A stretch of DNA of 64,000 bases from an uncultured Chlorobiota bacterium (GCA_947311255.1 CAMZKL010000022.1:80225-144224); one strand, 5' to 3'; numbered from the stretch's first letter, positions 40,931 to 50,385 are shown. Notes: generated by a model from the sequence alone, not told the origin. Made by a program: numbers and translations.

Positions 40931-41311
40931 ATGGAGTCTATAAAAATTGAGAAAACACGTAAAACACCTGATGTTATTTTTAATGCAGAAACAGGAGTTA
41001 TTCAAATTGAAGGAAAATCAATACCGGAGAATTCAATAGAATTTTACAAACCTTTGGTTGATTGGCTTGATGAATACGGAAAAAATCCAAAAGAAAAAAC
41101 AGAAGTAAATATTAAACTTGAATATTTTAATACAAGTTCTTCTAAATGTATTCTTGATGTTTTCAAAAAACTAGAAACAATTCACAAAGAGAATGAAAAC
41201 GTTATAATAAATTGGCATTATGAAGAAGATGATGAAGATATGCTTGAGGCGGGAGAAGATTATCAATCCATTTTGAAAATACCTTTCAATATGATTGAAA
41301 TGGAAGAATAA
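40931..41311 (+). CDS. DUF1987/SiaC-family regulatory phosphoprotein
   Basis: TPDVIFNAETGVIQIEGKSIPENSIEFYKPLVDWLDEY, LEYFNTSSSKCILDVFKKLE and INWHYEEDDEDMLEAGEDY are the canonical DUF1987 pattern. Confidence 0.85.
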   Translation: MESIKIEKTRKTPDVIFNAETGVIQIEGKSIPENSIEFYKPLVDWLDEYGKNPKEKTEVNIKLEYFNTSSSKCILDVFKKLETIHKENENVIINWHYEEDDEDMLEAGEDYQSILKIPFNMIEMEE

Positions 41312-41338
41312 GAACATACTTCAATTATAGACAAAATT

Positions 41339-41381
41339 TAAAAGGGAAAAATATGTTTTAAATGACATCTTTTTCCTTTTT
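41339..41381. terminator. bidirectional terminator-like hairpin between the siaC-like gene and rodA
   Basis: AAAAGGGAAAAA ... TTTTTCCTTTT imperfect inverted repeat between convergent genes. Confidence 0.4.
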
Positions 41382-42795
41382 ATGTATATAGGGTATTATG
41401 CTGAGAGTCAAGTCTTAAAAAAATAAAAAGAAACATTGAAAAGGCAAACAATGAAGAACCTCCATAACTAAAAAACGGCAAAGGAATGCCAATAACAGGA
41501 AACAGCCCAATAGTCATTGCAATATTCACTGAATAATGAAAAAACAATACACCTGCAAGAGAATATCCAAAAACCCTGCTATACACTGATCTTTGCCTTT
41601 CGGCAAGAAACAAAATACGGAATAATAAAACAGTAAAAACAATTATTACAAATGCTGTTCCTACAAAACCCCACTCTTCTCCAACTGTGCAAAAAATAAA
41701 ATCTGTATCTTGTTCCGGAACAAAATCATATTTAGTTTGAGTTCCTTTCAAATACCCTTTTCCGGACAAACCTCCAGACCCAATTGCTATTTTAGATTGA
41801 TGAACATTATATCCAATATCTGTTAAATCTTTTTCTAAACCAAACAAAACATTTATTCTTGCTCTATGATGACTTTTTAAAATATTTTCAAAAATATATC
41901 CTGTAGAATATAAAGATCCTATATAAAACAATAGCAAAACAGGAACAATTAATGATTTTAAAATCATTTCTTTAAAAGATTTTACGACAACAATTAAAGA
42001 AACAATAAAAACTGAAACTGCAATAATAATATGTACTTTTATATTTGCTCTAAAAAAAATAATTATTGCTAATCCAATTAGTATCATTATAACAAGAAGA
42101 ATAGCTCCAATAACTGCCTCCCTAATATTTCCTGTTATATATCTGTATGTTACTAGTCCTATAACAATTAGAAAAATAAAAATTAATACAATATTCAAAA
42201 AGAAAAAAGATACAAAAACTAATATTCCAATTAGAATTATTGGAAACCAATAAAAAGATAGCCCTTGTCTGTACAAAACAAAAATAAAAGATGAAAAAAC
42301 CATTGCAGAACCAAGATCACCTTGAAGTAGAATCAAAAAAGCCGGAAAAAAAACTATTCCCAAAACAGAAACAAAACTTTTTAAATCAGACGTAAAATTA
42401 AAATTTTCTTTTCCAAGAAATCGCGACAATGCAAGTGCGGTTGCTAATTTTGCAAACTCAGCCGGTTGAAGTTTAAAACTTCCAATTTCAAACCAAGATC
42501 TAGAACCTCCGGTTTTATCGCCTAAAAACAAAACTGCAATGAGTGCAAGTAAAACAAATCCATAAGCAAAATAAGAAGAAGAAAAAATAATATTTACATC
42601 CACAAACAACAAAATTAGAAGAATAACAAAAGTCATCCCAATCATTATCATTTGTTTACCATATCTAGAACCAAATTCAAAAGATGAGCCATCATAAGCC
42701 GAAGAATAGATATTTATCCAACCCAAAACAACAAGTAACAGATAAATTCCTACACTTATTAAATCAATTTTATTTTTTGATATTTTGTCTGACAT
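41380..42795 (-). CDS. rodA: rod shape-determining SEDS protein RodA
   Basis: FtsW/RodA/SpoVE family, multi-TM. Motifs QPAEFAKL, PEQDTDFIF and PFFSYGGSS. Sits downstream of mrdA. Confidence 0.88.
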   Translation of the reverse strand: MSDKISKNKIDLISVGIYLLLVVLGWINIYSSAYDGSSFEFGSRYGKQMIMIGMTFVILLILLFVDVNIIFSSSYFAYGFVLLALIAVLFLGDKTGGSRSWFEIGSFKLQPAEFAKLATALALSRFLGKENFNFTSDLKSFVSVLGIVFFPAFLILLQGDLGSAMVFSSFIFVLYRQGLSFYWFPIILIGILVFVSFFFLNIVLIFIFLIVIGLVTYRYITGNIREAVIGAILLVIMILIGLAIIIFFRANIKVHIIIAVSVFIVSLIVVVKSFKEMILKSLIVPVLLLFYIGSLYSTGYIFENILKSHHRARINVLFGLEKDLTDIGYNVHQSKIAIGSGGLSGKGYLKGTQTKYDFVPEQDTDFIFCTVGEEWGFVGTAFVIIVFTVLLFRILFLAERQRSVYSRVFGYSLAGVLFFHYSVNIAMTIGLFPVIGIPLPFFSYGGSSLFAFSMFLFIFLRLDSQHNTLYT

Positions 42796-42818
42796 ATTTT
42801 AAGTTAACAAATTTTCTT

Positions 42819-44609
42819 TTATTTCTTATTAATAAAATCTGCTTCAATTATTCTCTTTTCTTGCCAAGTTTTAGTTATTTTATTTGTTAAATACTTCTCA
42901 ATCATAAGCCCTGCAATTGGAGCTGCCCAGGAAGAACCATATCCTGCATTTTCAACATAAACAGAAATAGCAATTTTAGGATTCTTTTTAGGAGCAAAAG
43001 CAACAAAAATTGAATGATCAATTCCATGTGGATTTTGCGCAGTTCCGGTTTTCCCGCAAATATCTAATCCTGGCAAATATGCAGAAAATCCTGTTCCTGC
43101 AGATACTACAAGTTCAGCAGCATCAATAACTGGTTCAAAATATTCAGCTTGTACTTTTGTCAAATGTTTTTCTGTAAATTTTTTTGCTATTGTATCTCCT
43201 ACAATTTTTTTAATTACATGAGGAGTAATATAATATCCTCTGTTTGCTATTGCAGAAATCATATTTGCAGATTGAAGCGGTGTAAATCCAAGTTCACCCT
43301 GCCCTATTGCCAAAGAAATAATTGTGTTGTAATTCCAATGTCTTTTTCCATAATATCTATCAAAATATGTAGAAGAATACAAAATACCTTTTTTCTCAAA
43401 ATTTAAGTCTGTATTAAGACTAATACCAAGACCAAACGATTGTACATATTTTTTCCATTCTTCATACGCACTTGCATAATCAGGAAATTTCTTATTAGAA
43501 ATAATTCTTTTAAAAACATGACAATAGTATGCATTACTTGAAAACTGAATTGATTTTTGAAATGTAACAAGTCCACTTATATGGTCTCCAACAACATGAG
43601 TTCCAGCATCATACCCGTCTGTAATAAAAACTGTTCTATTGTTTATTACTTTTTCTTCTAAACCAATTAGAGCATTAACTAATTTAAATGTTGAACCCGG
43701 TGGATACATAGAACGCAATGCCCTGTCAAACAATGGCTTACCTTTTTGTTTTTCAACTCTTCTGTAATTTTCAGATAATTTTTTTCCGACAAATAAATCA
43801 GGACTGTATGTAGGGCTTGAAACCATTGCTAATATCTCACCGGTTGCTGGCTCAATTACAACAATACTCCCTATTTTATTTTGCATTAATAATTCTCCAT
43901 ATTTTTGTAATTCCACATCAATTGTTGAAATTAAATCTTTTCCTGCAACTGCTTCTTTGTCGTATTTTCCATTTTTATATATCCCTTGAATACTTCCATG
44001 AACATTAACAACAAATATCTTTTCTCCTTTTTTTCCTCTCAAATGTGTTTCATACTTTTTTTCTATGCCACTTTTTCCAATAAAATCGCCAGGTTTATAA
44101 TAATCATCTCTTTTTAGATCTTCACCACTAACTTCTGCCGAATATCCAAGAAGTTGTGCGGCTGTTAATTCATTATAATCTCTTAAAGTTCTTTTTTCAA
44201 TATAAAAATCTGGGAACTTAAAAAGTTGTTCTTGAATATAGGCATATTCAATATCTTCAATTTGTTTTTTAATTGTGATTGGCTTATATGAATGTCTTTT
44301 TCTTCTAATCTTTTTAATTAAATCTTCCTTAGAGATATTAATTAATTTACAAAACTCAGCTGTATCAAACTCAGAAAGACTTCTTGGAACAACTTTCAAA
44401 TCATAATATGCTTTATTACTCACTAAAACTTTTCCATTTCTGTCAAAAATTTTTCCTCGTACGGGATATTTAGTAATATGCCTAAGAGCATTATTTTCGG
44501 CAGAAAGTTTATAAGACGTATCAATAACCTGCAAAAAAAAGAGTTTTACAATAAAAATAATTGCACTTATTGTAAATATTGAGCTTACTATAAAGATCTT
44601 TGTTTTCAA
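42819..44609 (-). CDS. mrdA: penicillin-binding protein 2 (elongasome transpeptidase)
   Basis: 596 aa. PGSTFK active-site motif, later SSN-type and KTGTA motifs. N-terminal TM helix. Confidence 0.92.
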   Translation of the reverse strand: MKTKIFIVSSIFTISAIIFIVKLFFLQVIDTSYKLSAENNALRHITKYPVRGKIFDRNGKVLVSNKAYYDLKVVPRSLSEFDTAEFCKLINISKEDLIKKIRRKRHSYKPITIKKQIEDIEYAYIQEQLFKFPDFYIEKRTLRDYNELTAAQLLGYSAEVSGEDLKRDDYYKPGDFIGKSGIEKKYETHLRGKKGEKIFVVNVHGSIQGIYKNGKYDKEAVAGKDLISTIDVELQKYGELLMQNKIGSIVVIEPATGEILAMVSSPTYSPDLFVGKKLSENYRRVEKQKGKPLFDRALRSMYPPGSTFKLVNALIGLEEKVINNRTVFITDGYDAGTHVVGDHISGLVTFQKSIQFSSNAYYCHVFKRIISNKKFPDYASAYEEWKKYVQSFGLGISLNTDLNFEKKGILYSSTYFDRYYGKRHWNYNTIISLAIGQGELGFTPLQSANMISAIANRGYYITPHVIKKIVGDTIAKKFTEKHLTKVQAEYFEPVIDAAELVVSAGTGFSAYLPGLDICGKTGTAQNPHGIDHSIFVAFAPKKNPKIAISVYVENAGYGSSWAAPIAGLMIEKYLTNKITKTWQEKRIIEADFINKK

Positions 44610-45122
44610 TTATTTTTGAAATATTAAATATTGGCTTAAAATTATTAAAACTACTGAAAGAACACTTGTTAAAAAAATTTTTGCTAATAATATTGAGAAA
44701 TTTGCAAAACTAAATTCTAAAACTAAGAAATACACAAAATTATGGATTAGAACAGAAATAAGTGTAAATTTCAGAAACCATAAAAAACCGTACCAAGAAA
44801 TTCTAGGCAAACTTTCCAGTGAATATCCATCTCTACCACTTAAAACTTTCAATAATAAAGGTCTTACAAAAGCAACAAAAACAGTTGCTGAGGCATGAAC
44901 TCCCCCAGTGTCTTCAAACATATCAACAAAAAGTCCTAAAAAAAATGCAGATAATAAAAGAGACCATTTGGGAGTATCAAAAGGAAGTAATAATATAAAA
45001 ATAATATAAAAATAGGGAGTTACTCCCAGTTCAGTAAAATGGATATTATTTAGCAAAAGCACTTGTAAAAAAAATACAAAAGCAAAAATTCCTATATTTT
45101 TAGAAAGGACATTTAAAGTCAA
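44610..45122 (-). CDS. mreD: rod shape-determining protein MreD
   Basis: 170 aa, 5 TM. LQVLLLNNI...PYFYIIFILLLP...GLFVDMFEDTGGVHASATVFVAFVRP matches Bacteroidota MreD. TTG start. The stop abuts the mrdA start. Confidence 0.8.
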   Translation of the reverse strand: MTLNVLSKNIGIFAFVFFLQVLLLNNIHFTELGVTPYFYIIFILLLPFDTPKWSLLLSAFFLGLFVDMFEDTGGVHASATVFVAFVRPLLLKVLSGRDGYSLESLPRISWYGFLWFLKFTLISVLIHNFVYFLVLEFSFANFSILLAKIFLTSVLSVVLIILSQYLIFQK

Positions 45123-45189
45123 AACAAAATATTAAAAAGGTTTATCAGATTGCCAAATATAAAATTATTGATTGAAGATTAAACACTAA

Positions 45190-46314
45190 TTAATCATATT
45201 TTTTTATAATGTTATAAACAGTATCTCTTTCGGCAGGAATTCTTCTTACTTTTTTTATAAGATGCACCAAATCTTGTGTTGACATCTTCGGGTTTTTGTC
45301 TTCTGCTCCTGCCATAGAATAAATTTTTGTACTGTCATCAATAGTTCCATCAACATCATCAACACCATATGATAGAGATAGTTGAGTAATATTTCTTCCT
45401 AACATTGGCCAGTATGCTTTAATGTGAGGAAAATTATCAAGAAAAATACGAGATACTGCAAAATTCTTTAAATCTTCTATTGAGGAAACTTCTCCAACAT
45501 GAGAAAGACTATTATTTTCTTTTCTGAATTTTAGAGGAATAAAAGTATTAAAGCCTCCTGTTTTATCTTGTAAATCTCTTAATTTTGAAAGATGATGAAT
45601 TCTGTGAGAATACTTTTCAATATGACCATATAAAATCGTAGCATTAGAGGGAAGTCCAACTTTATGTGCAGCTTCATGAATCTTAAGCCACATTTCTGAA
45701 CTAGCTTTTTCATCGCAAAGTTCTTTTCTTATATCAATATGAAAAATTTCTGCTCCCCCACCCGGAATAGAATCTAAACCATATTCTTTTAATTTTTTTA
45801 AGCCTTCAACTAATGGCATTTTTGCTTTTTTAATCATAAACTCAAGCTCAACTGCCGTAAATGCTTTTATCTGAATTTCGGGTATAATACTTTTAATCTT
45901 TTGCATCATTTCACCATAATAATGCAAATCTCTGTTAGGATGAACTCCTCCAACAATATGAACTTCTGTAACATCCTTATTTTTATATGATTTAACAGTT
46001 TCCAGTATATCTTCAATATTAAACTCCCATGCTCCTTCTTGATTTATTTTCCTAACATAAGAGCAGAATTTGCAGCTATAAATACAAATATTTGTTGGTT
46101 CAATATGAAAATTCTTATTAAAATATGTAATATCTCCGTGTGCTTTTTCTCTCAAATAGTTGGATAATACTCCAAGAAATGAAAGTTCTGCATTTTCATA
46201 TAAAAAAAGTCCTTCCTCTTCTGAAATCCTTTCATTATTTTTAACTTTTCTTGCAATTTTCAACAATTCATTACTCAAATTGCTATTTTTTATAAATATA
46301 TCAATTTTATTCAT
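45190..46314 (-). CDS. MqnC/MqnE/CofH-family radical SAM enzyme (futalosine-route menaquinone biosynthesis type)
   Basis: CIYSCKFCSY radical-SAM cluster motif in the family-typical context HIEPTNIC...; 374 aa. The exact subfamily could not be resolved by eye. Confidence 0.7.
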   Translation of the reverse strand: MNKIDIFIKNSNLSNELLKIARKVKNNERISEEEGLFLYENAELSFLGVLSNYLREKAHGDITYFNKNFHIEPTNICIYSCKFCSYVRKINQEGAWEFNIEDILETVKSYKNKDVTEVHIVGGVHPNRDLHYYGEMMQKIKSIIPEIQIKAFTAVELEFMIKKAKMPLVEGLKKLKEYGLDSIPGGGAEIFHIDIRKELCDEKASSEMWLKIHEAAHKVGLPSNATILYGHIEKYSHRIHHLSKLRDLQDKTGGFNTFIPLKFRKENNSLSHVGEVSSIEDLKNFAVSRIFLDNFPHIKAYWPMLGRNITQLSLSYGVDDVDGTIDDSTKIYSMAGAEDKNPKMSTQDLVHLIKKVRRIPAERDTVYNIIKKYD

Positions 46315-46334
46315 CTTTTTTTTATAATGCTAAA

Positions 46335-46364
46335 CAAAAAACCCTCGATTGACAAAATCGAGGG
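46335..46364 (-). terminator. rho-independent terminator after rpmH
   Basis: CCCTCGATT-GACAA-AATCGAGGG hairpin (46342-46364) with a T-run on the minus strand (A-run 46335-46341 on plus). Confidence 0.75.
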
Positions 46365-46404
46365 TGTATAATATTAGTATTTTACTTTCTAAATTAAAAT
46401 AAAA

Positions 46405-46563
46405 TTATGATTTATAACGCAATTCATCTGAAACTGATAATTTAGATCTCCCTTTTCTGCGTCTTCTTTTCAAAATATTTCTCCCACTAACGGTTGCCAT
46501 TCTTTCTCTGAATCCTAATTTATTCTTTCTTTTTCTTTTTGAAGGTTGAAACGTTCTTTTCAT
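46405..46563 (-). CDS. rpmH: 50S ribosomal protein L34
   Basis: Below the ORF-track cutoff. The minus strand encodes [52 protein letters not shown]. An exact -7 box TAACTTTG (rc of 46628-46635) lies upstream. Confidence 0.9.
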   Translation of the reverse strand: MKRTFQPSKRKRKNKLGFRERMATVSGRNILKRRRRKGRSKLSVSDELRYKS

Positions 46564-46781
46564 CTTTCTTTATTTTTAATATCCTTTAAGGATTTTTTTG
46601 TTTTTATTCTTATTATTTTTCGGATTGCAAAGTTATTATTTTTTTATTCTTTACAAAAAAATATATCATTTTAAATAAATAAATAACTTTTAAAATTATA
46701 TGCTCAATAGTTATATTGAAAAAAATCTTTATAACAAACTGTTAATGAGCATTTTATAATATTCAAATGTAACATCAGCAA

Positions 46782-47459
46782 TTATCTTCTTCTCAGAAAA
46801 ATCATCACATAATAAAGTAATGTAGTTAAAGCACCTAGTGCTGCAACAACATAGGTTCTAGCTGCCCATTTAAGTGCATCTTCTGCCCCATCATGTTCCT
46901 GTGGAGTTAGCATTCTTTCATTTTCCAGCCATGCCAAAGCTCTTTTGCTTGCATCATATTCAACTGGTAGTGTAACAAAAGTAAACACTACTGATACAGC
47001 AAAGAATGCAATTCCAAGCAATAATAATTGAGGAAAAACATTAATTGCAAGAATTCCTCCCATGATTATAAATTGTGCCAATCTTCCTGTTACATTAACA
47101 GTAGGAACCATTTTTGAACGAAACTGCAACCAAGAATATGCAGTTGCGTGTTGTATTGCGTGCCCGCACTCATGTGCTGCAACAGCTGCTGCAGAAGCAT
47201 TTCTTTGATGAAAAACAACTTCACTTAAATTTACAGTTTTATTTTTAGGATTGTAATGGTCTGTTAATTTCCCTCGTACAGAAATAACTTGAACATCTGT
47301 TATTCCATGGTCAGCTAACATTTTTTCTGCAATTTCTTTTCCCGACAATCCATTTTGTAATGCAATTTGTGAGTATTTTTTAAATTTACTTTTCAGTTTT
47401 CTTTGAACAAGCCCTCCAAGTAAAGCTATGGCACCGAAGATGATATATCCGAACATCAT
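46782..47459 (-). CDS. membrane zinc metallopeptidase (YugP-like)
   Basis: HECGHAIQH (HExxH) motif and flanking TM helices; 225 aa. Confidence 0.85.
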   Translation of the reverse strand: MMFGYIIFGAIALLGGLVQRKLKSKFKKYSQIALQNGLSGKEIAEKMLADHGITDVQVISVRGKLTDHYNPKNKTVNLSEVVFHQRNASAAAVAAHECGHAIQHATAYSWLQFRSKMVPTVNVTGRLAQFIIMGGILAINVFPQLLLLGIAFFAVSVVFTFVTLPVEYDASKRALAWLENERMLTPQEHDGAEDALKWAARTYVVAALGALTTLLYYVMIFLRRR

Positions 47460-47584
47460 AATAAAATGTGTTTAAAATTTTGTTAAAGATATATATTTTT
47501 GCTAAAATTTCTAATAAAATATAGGAAATTGCAATTTTGTTTTAATAAAAAGACCCACAAATTGCAGGTCTTTATAATTTAAAA

Positions 47585-48130
47585 TTACGAAACTTTTTCA
47601 ACTTTTTCTAATCCAACCTTAATTGCTTCTTCATTAAGTGGTATTAAGTGATGATGTCTTTCAGGCAATGATTTTTTCAGACCTTTGAGTACATTCTCCA
47701 TTTTAACAACAGGATTAATTTTTAAATAAGCTCCTAAAACAATCATATTAAAAGTTTTAGAACTTTTCATTCTTGATGCTTCTAATGCTCCTTCAATTTT
47801 ATATATTCTTATATCTTTTCTTGTTGGAGGATGGAGAATTCCATTTGGATCATATAATAAAATCCCTCCGGGTTTAACAGTTTCTTCAAATTTATTCATT
47901 GAAGGCTGATTTAAAACTATTGCTGTGTCAAAATTTCTTAATACCGGAGAACTTATTTTCTCATCGCTTAATATTACGGTGACATTTGCAGTTCCTCCCC
48001 TCATTTCGGGTCCGTAAGATGGCATCCAACTTACTTCTTGATCTTGCATAATTCCTGAATAGGCAAGTATTTTACCCATTGAAAGAACACCTTGCCCTCC
48101 AAAACCTGCTATAATTATTTCTTCTGTCAT
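47585..48130 (-). CDS. 2-oxoacid:ferredoxin oxidoreductase subunit gamma
   Basis: 181 aa. IIIAGFGGQGVLSMGKILA start is typical of gamma subunits. Last gene of the operon. Confidence 0.88.
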   Translation of the reverse strand: MTEEIIIAGFGGQGVLSMGKILAYSGIMQDQEVSWMPSYGPEMRGGTANVTVILSDEKISSPVLRNFDTAIVLNQPSMNKFEETVKPGGILLYDPNGILHPPTRKDIRIYKIEGALEASRMKSSKTFNMIVLGAYLKINPVVKMENVLKGLKKSLPERHHHLIPLNEEAIKVGLEKVEKVS

Positions 48131-48172
48131 TTTTTTTAAATTTGAGATTTGTAATTCTGATTTGAAGTATTA

Positions 48173-48943
48173 CTATCCTTTAATATCTCCAAGCGGAAAT
48201 ACAGGAAGCATATTTTCTTCTAACCATTCATTAGATTTAACAGGAGTCATTTTCCAACCCGAGTTACAATTTGAAACTATTTCTATAATTGAAGTTCCTT
48301 TTTTATCTCGTTGGTTTTCAAATGCTTTTTTAATTGCTTTTTTAGTTTTTCTAACTAAACCAGGTTTATGAACCGCATGACGAGTTGCATAGCAAACTCC
48401 TGGCAACATTGCTAACATTTCTGTTATTTTTATAGGATGACCAGTCATTCCCAAATCTCTACCATAAGGAGAAGTTGATGAAACCATCCCTTCAAGAGTT
48501 GTTGGTGCCATTTGCCCACCTGTCATTCCGTAAATACCGTTATTTACGAAAATTATTACAATATTTTCTCCTCTGTTGCATGCGTGAATTGTTTCATTTG
48601 TTCCAATTGCAGCTAAATCGCCATCGCCTTGGTAAGTAAAAACATATTTTTCAGGATATAATCTTTTTATTCCTGTTGCTACGGCAGGAGCTCTTCCATG
48701 TGCAGCTTGTTGCATATCAATATTCATAAAATCATATGCTAAAACTGAACATCCAACAGGAGCAATTCCAATGGCTTGGTCGCCTACTCCCATTTCTTCA
48801 AGAACTTCCATAGTAATTCTGTGTGCTACACCATGTCCACAGCCAGGGCAATAAGATAAGTGTGCATCGGTCATTAACTTTGTTTTCTCAAAAACTAATG
48901 TTCCTTTTTTTATTATTTCTTCGGGTGTTATATTTTCTGACAT
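48173..48943 (-). CDS. 2-oxoacid:ferredoxin oxidoreductase subunit beta (TPP-binding)
   Basis: CPGCGHG, GDGD...GTNE and NNGIYGMTGGQ TPP motifs. Confidence 0.92.
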   Translation of the reverse strand: MSENITPEEIIKKGTLVFEKTKLMTDAHLSYCPGCGHGVAHRITMEVLEEMGVGDQAIGIAPVGCSVLAYDFMNIDMQQAAHGRAPAVATGIKRLYPEKYVFTYQGDGDLAAIGTNETIHACNRGENIVIIFVNNGIYGMTGGQMAPTTLEGMVSSTSPYGRDLGMTGHPIKITEMLAMLPGVCYATRHAVHKPGLVRKTKKAIKKAFENQRDKKGTSIIEIVSNCNSGWKMTPVKSNEWLEENMLPVFPLGDIKG

Positions 48944-48950
48944 AATTTTT

Positions 48951-49048
48951 ATTGTTAAATTGTTGCACTGTTAAATTGTTGCATTGTTAAAATTATTGTA
49001 TTGTTAAAATTACAAAAACATTAAAAAATGTAACAATATTCAACAATG
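48951..49048. repeat. tandem ~17-nt ATTGTTGCAyTGTTAAA array with an inverted right half, between the alpha and beta subunit genes
   Basis: Units attgttaa / attgttgcactgttaa / attgttgcattgttaaa / attattgtattgttaaa, then attacaaaaacattaaaaa and atgtaacaatattcaacaatg, which carry the reverse complement AACAAT. Confidence 0.6.
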
Positions 49049-50128
49049 TTATTTAATAAAATTTTTCTCTAATGCTTCAAGTACTTCATCAGGAGAATGT
49101 ATCATTCCTCCAAACCGTCCATAATGCTCAACAGGAACTTTTCCGTTAACGGCTAATCTTACATCATCAACCATTTGTCCTGCACTTAATTCAACTGACA
49201 AAACACCTTTTACTTTATCAGCGGCTTTATTGATTTCATCTGATGGAAAAGGCCAAAGTGTAATAGGTCTTATTAAACCGATGTTTATTCCTTTTTCTTT
49301 GCCTAACTGAATTGTTTTTTGGCAAATTCTTGCACTCGAACCATATGCAACCAATAGATAATCAGCATTTTCACAATTAAATTTTTCAAGTCTTACTTCT
49401 TTCTTTTCAATTTCTCTGTATTTTGCTTGTAATTTATGATTGTGTTTTTCTTGTCTTTCAGATTTTAATTCTAAAGACGTTATAATTGTTCGTTCTTCCG
49501 GTTTATGACCAATTGTTGCCCAAGAGCCGTATTTTTCTCTAATTTCTTCGTTTGACAATCTTGCTTTTTGAGGTTTAAGTTGAACCTTTTCCATCATTTG
49601 TCCAATTAATCCGTCTGAAAGTAACATTACAGGTGTTCTGTATTTGAATGCCATTTTAAAACCGTCTTCTACAAAATCAGCCATTTCTTGAACTGATGCC
49701 GGAGCAAGTACAATTAATTTATAATCTCCATGTCCGCCACCTTTTACAGTTTGAAAATAATCTGCTTGCGAAGGCTGTATAGTTCCTAATCCTGGGCCAC
49801 CTCTTACAACATTTAGCATTACACATGGCAATTCTGAACCTGCCATATATGATATTCCTTCTTGTTTAAGACTAATACCAGGGCTTGATGATGAAGTTAC
49901 TGCTTTTTTTCCAGCACCAGCTGCACCATAAACCATATGTATTGCACCAATTTCGCTTTCTGCTTGAAGCACAACCATTCCTGTTCTTTTATATGGTTCT
50001 TCAAGCATTAGATATTCAATAACTTCTGATTGAGGAGTAATAGGATAACCAAAATAAGCATCAACTCCCTCTCTTATAACTGCTTCGGCAAATGCTTCAT
50101 TGCCTTTCATTAATTTTATTTCTTCCAT
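49049..50128 (-). CDS. 2-oxoacid:ferredoxin oxidoreductase subunit alpha
   Basis: MKGNEAFAEA...GYPITPQSE start is typical of alpha subunits. Start moved to ATG 50128 (MEEIKLMKGNEA), which removes the overlap with the delta gene. Confidence 0.9.
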   Translation of the reverse strand: MEEIKLMKGNEAFAEAVIREGVDAYFGYPITPQSEVIEYLMLEEPYKRTGMVVLQAESEIGAIHMVYGAAGAGKKAVTSSSSPGISLKQEGISYMAGSELPCVMLNVVRGGPGLGTIQPSQADYFQTVKGGGHGDYKLIVLAPASVQEMADFVEDGFKMAFKYRTPVMLLSDGLIGQMMEKVQLKPQKARLSNEEIREKYGSWATIGHKPEERTIITSLELKSERQEKHNHKLQAKYREIEKKEVRLEKFNCENADYLLVAYGSSARICQKTIQLGKEKGINIGLIRPITLWPFPSDEINKAADKVKGVLSVELSAGQMVDDVRLAVNGKVPVEHYGRFGGMIHSPDEVLEALEKNFIK

Positions 50129-50145
50129 TCTCTGTTTAAATTTAG

Positions 50146-50385
50146 TTAAACTGTTTCTTTTTGAGGTTTGTATCTGTACACTGTTATGCACATATCCGGA
50201 CAAACCAATGAACAACTCATGCAAGCAATACATGCTCCATGATTTTCAGGAAATGCAGGATTAAATCCTTTTCCATTTACTAATTTGTTTAAGGCAATAA
50301 CATCTGTAGGACAAGCAACAACGCAAAGATTACATCCCTTGCAACGTTCTGTATCAACTACTATTGCTCCTTTAATTTTTGCCAT
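50146..50385 (-). CDS. 4Fe-4S dicluster ferredoxin-type delta subunit
   Basis: 79 aa with two Cys clusters, CKGCNLCVVACP and CIACMSCSLVCP. Confidence 0.85.
   Translation of the reverse strand: MAKIKGAIVVDTERCKGCNLCVVACPTDVIALNKLVNGKGFNPAFPENHGACIACMSCSLVCPDMCITVYRYKPQKETV

Noticed and set aside
48951-49048. CRISPR array
   Set aside because: The units are about 17 nt and directly abutting with no spacers. There are only 3-4 copies, no cas genes, and the array sits inside an operon.
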